In this document: positions 23,110-30,923 of the stretch, piece by piece
Position numbering within the stretch: the first letter of the stretch is position 1
Layout of the letters: each line of letters opens with the position of its first letter
Translations under genes and position numbers: made by a program
Origin: Bugula neritina
Taxonomy: Eukaryota; Animalia; Bryozoa
Length of the DNA stretch: 30,923 nucleotides
Direction of reading: 5' to 3'
Assembly (NCBI GenBank): GCA_964035545.1
Contig: CAXIUT010000245.1
Location: 1-30,923, forward strand
The notes under the pieces: generated by a model
What the model was told of the DNA's origin: nothing
What the model saw: the letters and a program-made list of their open reading frames with translations, nothing else
The model's database searches: none

Positions 23110-23184
23110 GGGGTTGGGGTTGGGGTTGGGGTTGGGGTTGGGGTTGGGGTTGGGGTTGGGGTTGGGGTTGGGGTTGGGGTTGGG
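23110..23184 (+). repeat. Internal telomeric repeat tract (GGGGTT)n, 75 nt, G-strand on +
   Basis: Perfect TTGGGG units, starting GGGG after AT-rich DNA and ending TTGGG|AGAATA. Confidence 0.97.
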
Positions 23185-26100
23185 AGAATACTACTGAGTT
23201 ATCCCTTTTACTGTCTCTTCTAGCAATCCAACCATCTGCTACAAGCTGATCCGCCATCTACTCTTGTTGATAGCTTCCAGAATTAAGAAGTACTCTATCT
23301 GCTGCAGTGGTTTTAGATGAAAGATAGTGTAGTCTTGTATATAAGAGCCTTGGAAGATCAAAAATGGATTCAAATTTAGATGAACTACTTTCCAGATTAT
23401 GTAAAAATATCTGGAGGTTAAGTGTTTTTGATTAGTGATAGGGAGTTGTTTATCGTGGTGCCTGATCAGTTCAGAGTCGATAGAAGAAGGCTATAATCAG
23501 ATACAATTGTTAGTGTTCATTCATTGGATGTCAAGATAAAGAAGACAGTTAGGATTAGTGGGAACCTGCAGTATATATAGTCTATGAAAGCCAACAAAAA
23601 GGCTACTACTCTGGTCACTACTCCAAAAACATACATAAATTAGCTAAAAAGGGTTAATTGATCGAATATCGACTTTTCTTCAAAATTAACAATAAAGGCC
23701 TCATCATTTATAAGTATTGATTCCAAATATTCTTGGTTTGTTAATTCTCTAAGACAAGATATGTCTATTCGACCTCAACCAAATGCAAGCTAACCTATAA
23801 ACTTCAGTTGATTCTCCTTTTAGAATATAAAAGAACTCAAAATTGTTGATAAGATGGAAAAAACATTAAAAAATGTAAGGTTTCAACTCAACGATATGTC
23901 TTTTAATAGGTTTTTAAACTTGCATTTACTCATTCTATTTATTGATAAACTACAAAAACACCTAAAAAAATACTCCTATCTAAGAACAATAACTATCATC
24001 ATTCTTAGCTGGCGACATAATCAACTGGACCTCAACAAAAATAAAACCCCATCTAATATTCGCTATCTAAGGAGTCGAATTAGTTGATATGACGATCTCA
24101 ACAAAAGGTCTAGTGTACTATTCAAAGCAATACTCATCTGATTTGATTGGTTTATGCAGATATATACCCATTGAAAGTATGATTAACTAGTATCCGATTG
24201 TCTTGTAGTAATCGATAGTATGGCGTTAATTTTGTCGATGCAGAGCCTAGCACTATACCCTTACTGATAGCGTCCCTTATTGATACTTATCCGATGAGAT
24301 GGTGAGATATGTCTATGAGACTGGGATAGATAGTTATGGGGAAATTTTGAATTTATGGAGAAATAAATATGGGTTCAGAGAGTTGGTTTCTTTTGAGAAG
24401 AGATATTGATTGCTAGGAGGGTAGTGTGGCTGTTTTTAGGAATGTATCTTAAAAAATATACAGGAGAGAGTGTTTTGGTGGGGGAGTAGTTGAAATTAGT
24501 CGAGGATAAGTATTTTGATAACTAGTTGATACAAATATAGCAAAATAATATAGAATCTCTGTTCTAAGATTAACGTCTTTAATTTCACGACCTTCCTTTA
24601 CAATGCTAAAGAATCTATAATCGAAGTTCTAATTAAAATTTAGATCCCTAAATATCAAAGAAACATTACTAAGAAGCCTTGGATGAGATATATAAGATAG
24701 TTCGAAACCAACCATAGCCATAATGCCACCTCTATGGTGATAAAATAATTTAGAATAAAGTTGATTTAGTTGCAATTGAGAAAAAGATTCAAATAATATA
24801 CATTAGTACTGGGATAATATTAAAATTATATTGAAGATGGTCTTTAAAGAAAATTCAATAAAATATACTAGAAAGACAGAATGATACTAAAACTAATACA
24901 GTATTACAATTCCCTTTATACTCGATCTTTATCAAATGAAAACCCTATAAAATGCAATATTTTATAAGAATTTATCAAAAACAATTCCACAGATCTATCA
25001 TCTGACATCAACTGTTCTGTTGAAGTGATATTGAAGAAGATGATGTAGAGGTTGCTGCCATAACAACAGGGATACAACTAATCTAGCGTAATTGCTCACT
25101 AAATCAAAGATAAAGATACTACTAGAATCTACAAAAACGATTATTTGTAATTTTTGATAGATAAAATCAAAGATAACTAAAATACCAAAAATAAATCAGC
25201 TGCATAGAGGTGGAGGTAGTAAGTTGGATAGCTGCTAAGAGTTGGATTTTACTCATGTAAGACCATTTATTTTATTATTCTATGGAGAAATATATCACTA
25301 TTTAGATGTTAATGCTAAGTAATGAGACTAATATCATTTAAACTGTATTTTTGCAGTATCTTCTTTCTCCACTATCACCTAAAATATATCAATAGTATAC
25401 ATCGATAAAGATATATATGAATAGCTAGAGTAGAACGGTTACTTAAACGTCTTCTGTTTCATAATAACTCAATGCATCGATTGAAAATAAATCCAAGTTA
25501 CCTTGAACTATGATTAGTGGGTATCTGACTACAGTCGACAAAAAAATGATATATTTGAGAAGATCAATAAATAGATAATTGACTATGAACTTATTCCTGA
25601 GTAAATGGTAGAAAAAGATGATAATATTTAGTAAATTAGATAAAAATTTGTTGAGTTTATGGATGGTTCTTGCAAAATATAATAAATATAGAAGTTAAAG
25701 GAAGTGATACGAGAGGTATCTATTTATGGCAATGAAGAGGTAATTTAATATATAACATAGAAACTACAATTTTATTAATAAATTTTAACTCTATATTCTA
25801 GATTGTTTAATAATAGAGTAACTAGATAGCATAATTCAGGATACCAATCGATCAAACACACAGCTGAATAATAGCAACAATTCAAATAATCAAGATAATT
25901 AATGTTGATTATCATTAATTAGTTGAAAAAACATTTAAAAACCTATAAAAAATATTTTAATAAGAATATGGTAAAAATTAGTATATTTCTCAAAAATAAA
26001 CTAATGCCTTTGAACAACATCTAACTACATCTCTCTTTACTGACTAACCTTTGTATCTTATTGATGATTCTATGGGATTGGCTCTGAGCATAACATCCTT

Positions 26101-26398
26101 GAAGTTGGTATTGATAGCTTTGGAGTGTAGTTAGATGGATGTAGAGAAGGAGTACCATAATAGTTTAAAGAATAAGGGTGGGCTATTGTGTTTTTGGTTC
26201 AAAAAATTGAGAAGTTTTCCTTAACACTAGATTTGTTATTTATATTAGTATATCAAGAAGTTGGATAAAGAAAATGTGATTGATAAGTTTATTGGATATA
26301 CAGGTTATCAAAGGAAATATGAGCAGTTTAAAAGTTTGAGTGGGATAGCATAGCAATAGGCGAAGATGATTGACATTTTGTTCTAAATTGATTTATGA
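23185..26398 (+). CDS. Large hypothetical protein, apparently 5'-truncated; beta-strand-rich (propeller-like) N-part and helical C-part; may be more than one gene
   Basis: Open frame directly after the telomeric tract (RILLSYPFYCLFEQSNHLLQADPPSTLVDSFQNEEVLYLLQWFEMKDSVVLYIRALEDQKWIQIEMNYFPDYVKISGGEVFLISDRELFIVVP...), long table-30 frames joined by several 1-nt breaks, ending ...MIDILFEIDL-TGA. Confidence 0.55.
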
Positions 26399-26550
26399 TA
26401 GTTGTTAATAATATGTAATAAACTATTTAATAAAATTGATCAAAATGATAAATGCTATTATTGTAGTTGATATAAATATAGTACATTATTTATTATTATT
26501 TTCCTTAAAGTATCAGATGTTATAATTATAGTTTGAATAAGTTCGTTATT

Positions 26551-28471
26551 ATGCATCCTATCTAACAGGTAAAAACCTCTGTTTTTTCTGACTACTAAAC
26601 AACTAAAACGATTCCATTTCATCAAAACAGCTAGAATATTGGTTGAAACAAACAGCACCAGCAAGTCAGCCCAAAGTAACAGGTATAGAATGGACTCTAA
26701 TGAGCGCCAATTCCATCTTCGAACAGATTAACATACTCTCCATAGAACATAAACCTATTAATCACTTAATAAAGAAAATGATATGCTGGCTTTTAATTCT
26801 GCTAAACCATTTACCAATAATTCTAGTATGATGAAAAGCAAATCATATGTCAATGCTATGGTTGATTGCAAGGGGAAAGTTAAAAAGTTATAAGAAGAGA
26901 ATGGGCAGTTGAAAGGAGTGGTTGGGAAAATAGAAAGAGAACGAAATGGGGCGGTAGAGGAATCGGTAAGGACGAGAGAGAAATTGAGAGGACGGTTGGA
27001 AGTATTAGAGCCTAAAGTTAGAAAAGTTGATTAACTGGTTTAGAGACAATAAGAAATTGAGAGATTTAAAAGATTAGAGTCAAAGAATGGTGAAGGTTTT
27101 ATAAAGAAGTAATAAAGAACAAAATATCCGACTTGAAGATTATTAGAAGAGAGTTGAAATGTTGACTGAATCTCTTAAGGAAGAATAAAAAAAGAATATT
27201 TCAATGAAAAAAAAAACATTAATAATAGATAAAGATATTTAAAAATAGTAACTAAACTATTTAAAAACTACAGTAAAAGAACAGATTGCTCTAAAATATG
27301 AAATAAAAATCAACTACTTCGATCCTTTAGAAATACAAAAAAATCAGTGGACAGGATCAAAGAGTTGGAAACTGATTGTATGAGATTGAACAAGGAGAAC
27401 TAGAGATTAAAAGAGAAGTAGGAAGAAATAAGAAGAGGTGTGAATAAAGAGGTAATAGGGAATTGGAATAAATGACTAGATAGTTGATGAAGAATAGAGA
27501 AGAGGTCATTGAATCTCAAAGTAAGATGGAAAGCATCAACAAAAATAGTAACTACTTTAAATAACAATACTAGAAAACAAATTAGGAATTAATAAGAGTT
27601 CTTAAGAAACATTCATCAGAGATCAAGTAGATAAAATAGGCACATCAAAAAGAGTTATCAAAGTAAAGATAGAAATAAATAGTCTATATTTAGAAGATTT
27701 TATAACCTAAAAAGGAATAAATAGATATCAACAAAGAAAGCATAATTAGAAGTCAATATTACCTGAAAAATAAATAGAATCATAGTTATAAATGGATTAG
27801 ATATAGTCTTTAAACTAATAACCTATTGAATAGAGACCAAGACCACAAACAAGAAGTGTATAAAGATAAAGCAACAAATCTCGAAAAAGCAAATCCAAAA
27901 ATAAAATAAGTTAAGTAAAATCACAAGATCCTCATAAAAGACCAAACATTATCAATTAAAAATCATCTGCTAAAAGATCATCTAATAAACAAAAATCAAA
28001 AAAAGTATCATAGTAAAATCTATCACAAAAACACTAAAATGGTTCAATGGTCTAAGTTCAAGAGGCAAACCACCTTAGAAGATACAATAACAGCACTTTG
28101 GTAAAATCATGCTAGCCAGCCCATATATAAACCAATAATATATGAACATCAATGACTAGCATTACTTCAATTCAGCCAATCAGCAAAATAGATAGTATCC
28201 TTACTACTGGTAGCCCAACGATATCGCATAATTCGGTACTTCTATCAAAGCAAGTACAGCTGGAAATAATTTATAGAAGGCTCTTTTGAATGAAGCCAAC
28301 AAGTAGATGATTCGTTTGATGTAGGAACAGTAGAAATATATCTAGGCAAATGATAAAAATCCTAATTTTAACTAAAGGGTGTAAAATTTAGGCAGAATAA
28401 AGCAGTTAAGTGAACAGATGAATGTCAATCAGTAGAAAATATTGTCTTTGAAGAGCAAACTAATTAAATGA
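26551..28471 (+). CDS. Long coiled-coil hypothetical protein
   Basis: MHPIEQVKTSVFSDYE...CKGKVKKLEEENGQLKGVVGKIERERNGAVEESVRTREKLRGRLEVLEPKVRKVDELVERQEEIERFKRLE...RIKQLSEQMNVNQEKILSLKSKLIK-TGA; a few frame breaks. Confidence 0.7.
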
Positions 28472-28493
28472 TTTGATAAATAATGCATATAAA

Positions 28494-28892
28494 TCACTTT
28501 TTTATAGCTAGAATATGTTTCATATCTTTTCTTAGGGTTTGTGATGATTAGATGATCTATTTTAAATGATTTTTTGGCTATCTTTTGTCTTTCTTTATTG
28601 AATGAACTAGAGAAATACCTAATTGTTTTATATCTTTTCTTTTTGATGGATTTTATTAGATTTTATTACTTTGTTTTCTTGCTACCCAAAATCAAAAGGC
28701 TTTCTTTACAACTGCTCTAACACTTCTTATCTTAAATTTTATCAATAAGAAGATTATTAATTTTAGATGGAATCAACTTTTTCTTAGTCTTTTGCTTAAC
28801 AATCTTCTTCTTTTATTATTCAATTTATCACTATGTGATTTCTTAATAGATATCTCGATCGCCTACTATGAACTAGACTCCTACTCGTGCAT
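28494..28892 (-). CDS. Small Lys-rich hypothetical protein
   Basis: MHEEESSSEEAIEISIKKSHSDKLNN..KKIVKQKTKKKLIPSKINNLLIDKIEDKKCESSCKESLLILGSKK...; frame breaks at A runs, ends approximate. Confidence 0.35.
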
Positions 28893-30740
28893 CAACAATG
28901 ATCTGGAATTATAACTATAATAATATATATTGAATAAATGTGATAAGTTATCGATGACACAGTAGGATCACTCAGTTTCTTTTTTATACATGCAGGCCCA
29001 GCAAAAGATATCAATCGGTTTATCTGCAATAGTGTCCTGAAGGGAAGGTTGTCGGATCCTTTGTAGAATTAGTCGATTTAGTCGTTTACTGATTTTTCAA
29101 ATAAGAGTATTTTGCTTGAAATATCTGTTTTCCTGTAGCTGCTTTGCCTTTGCATGGAACATTCTCAAGGGCAGGTATTTTTCTTTCCTCGTCTTTCTTT
29201 TTTTGCCAGTTTGTAATCACTATTTTGGACAATCTAAATAAAATATTGATTACTTTTGCGGGTATGACGAAGGGAACGATCATAACGAAATCAACTCTAT
29301 TCTGGTAAATAGTAAAAGATCCCTTATAGTAGCAGTTGAGGTTACTTTCTTATAATTCTTACAACTTTAAGATCTCTAACATCTTGAGGTAGTTGCTTTT
29401 ATCGATATGTTATTTGTTCTTTTCTTAGAAACTCATGTTTTCTCTTTATTTTAGAGTTATATGTATTTGAGTCGATATTTTTCAATCCAAGGAGGTAAAT
29501 GTACACATTCCAGGTATTGCTTGAATTATATTTTTTCTAGATTGCCGCTAACAGTTCTAAATAGGTTTAAAAATACTTTTTAAGTGAGAAGGAATCCCCA
29601 ACTTCTCTTCTTCTTTGGTGATGAGAGGAAAAAAAAATCCTATCTTTTTCATGTTATCTTTGATATGTTAAATCAACATCAAACTAAATATTTTTTCTTT
29701 GATAATTCTAACAATTCAAGAGTAGGAATGATGCCAGTCAGCAGAGAATTTTCTATCCAATTGACTTGAACATATTTAGCATTGATATTTCTTTAATGTT
29801 AATTTTTAGGATGTAAAAAGATAGGTTTGACTTCTTAATTATTATAAGTCTTTGGAATACTTATTCATTATTATAGTCTTATCTTCTATCCAAACCAATA
29901 ACAAGTTGATTGTGATGAGGTTCAAGAGATGCAATGATAATTTTAGTTTATTTTTAGCAAATGTTTAGTTTATTTTTAGATGATGTTTCGAATAACTTAG
30001 AATTGGTTTTTAGGAGAGTGATTTATAGTTATTTATGTCCCATCATTAGAAAAGCAAACTTAGATGATATCTTTAACTCTCAATGGATTTATTTTTTAAT
30101 AAAGGATTGATAATTTAGGACTATCAATGATTTAAAAAGATTCCAATTATTTTATTTAACATAATTTACTCGGTCTATATAACTTATTTATATATTTTTC
30201 TTGCTTTTTCTGGTAATATTTTTTAATATATCTATTCTTTTTATTTACTTTGATTCTATTTTATCTTTTTAGTTTGTATCAATTGACTTAACTCCTCATT
30301 TTGCTTTTATTTTTGTTTTAGTTCTTACTTCAAATGCATGTCAATACTGGGATACTACTCTATCCAATTAGTTATTTCTAGGGGTCGATGATAATATTAA
30401 GATAGATCTATAATATCCACTTAAGATTATTTGATTTTGTTTATAAGGTTAGCCTGAGTAAGATTTCCTGTACTTTGTAGTATTGTAATCCCTCGATATA
30501 ATTCTTGCTTTTTTAGATCTTCTATTTCTGCAGCTGAGCAAGTGATCGTTTCGCCTATATTCCTTCCGCCACCATCCTGAATGCTTATCTCAATTGTATG
30601 GCTCTTTCTAGATATTCAATAGCAGGAGTCTTTGAGCTGGAGTGGGTTCGTTATTGTTCGATATCTTGTTTGATTTTTGATAGCTCCAAGGAAATGAACT
30701 ATGTGCTCTTGAGCAGTGATTCTAGTTCAATTTATTACAT
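28892..30740 (-). CDS. THO complex subunit 5-like (THOC5/FMIP-like) protein; 3' end approximate
   Basis: MEEIELESLLKS...AIQLREAFRMVAEGIEAKRSLAQLQKEKIEKSKNYIEGLQYYK|ANLINKIKESEVDIIDLSEYY...HLKEELKQKEKQNEELSQLIQTKKIKENQSKEKEEIYEKILPEK follows the THOC5 N-terminal coiled-coil pattern as I recall it; C-terminal ..YPQK..IVITNW and FEKSVNDEIDE...LLQINRL are compatible with its RWD-like end; not database-verified. Confidence 0.6.
29234..29253 (-). other. Candidate 20-nt intron
   Basis: gtaatcaatattttatttag on minus strand; size and -6 A fit, frame evidence ambiguous because of nearby indels. Confidence 0.6.
30454..30473 (-). other. 20-nt spliceosomal intron
   Basis: gtacaggaaatcttactcag on minus strand; removal avoids a premature TGA and continues the THOC5-like frame. 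Confidence 0.82.
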
Positions 30741-30803
30741 TTATTATGAATGCAAGTTGGATTGAACCGCTTATATATCATATAAATCTATCAACAATAT
30801 ATA

Positions 30804-30923
30804 GGGGTTGGGGTTGGGGTTGGGGTTGGGGTTGGGGTTGGGGTTGGGGTTGGGGTTGGGGTTGGGGTTGGGGTTGGGGTTGGGGTTGGGGTTGGGTGGG
30901 GTTGGGGTTGGGGTTGGGGTTGG
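30804..30923 (+). repeat. Terminal telomere (GGGGTT)n, 120 nt to window end, Tetrahymena-type
   Basis: TTGGGG units to the end of the sequence, one irregular unit near 30892-30901. Confidence 0.98.

Noticed and set aside
23108-23190. ATG formed at the telomere junction giving an M(GL)n leader for the downstream ORF
   Set aside because: As sequenced it is out of frame (stops at TAC TAC TGA); it would need one extra G and is probably coincidental
23590-24500. TGA read-through as Trp/Cys suggested by apparent in-frame TGAs
   Set aside because: Each case is resolved by a nearby 1-nt frame change into a longer, more plausible frame; conserved Trp and Cys elsewhere use TGG and TGY
30891-30901. 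Variant telomere unit TTGGGTGGGG
   Set aside because: Single irregularity in a G-run context, most likely base-calling error

Overview
AT-rich, extremely gene-dense ciliate somatic (macronuclear-type) DNA, most likely from a peritrich (Oligohymenophorea). The supplied ORF track (standard code) is largely misleading: TAA and TAG both encode Glu here (kinase APE motif = GCT CCT TAA; DPH6 CGEGGEYE = TGT GGA TAG GGA GGA TAG TAC TAA) and TGA is the only stop (NCBI table 30). Read that way, the window holds about 14 genes: a ULK-like Ser/Thr kinase, a secreted Q/E-repeat plus Kazal-like protein, DPH6, a TBC/Rab-GAP-like protein, coiled-coil proteins, a 13-kb Cys-rich multi-pass surface protein gene, a pseudokinase, a 5'-truncated large gene and a THOC5-like gene. 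Tetrahymena-type (TTGGGG)n telomeric repeats occur at the right end and also internally at 23110-23184. The most notable signals are: (1) spliceosomal introns of exactly 20 nt that all carry an A six nt from the 3' end; (2) a shared quasi-palindromic motif at the same distance from both telomere addition sites; (3) a strand-independent C-rich to G-rich sawtooth skew inside genes. Scattered 1-nt frame breaks, many at homopolymers, suggest uncorrected long-read error, so several gene ends are approximate. All protein identities come from manual translation and remembered motifs, not database searches.
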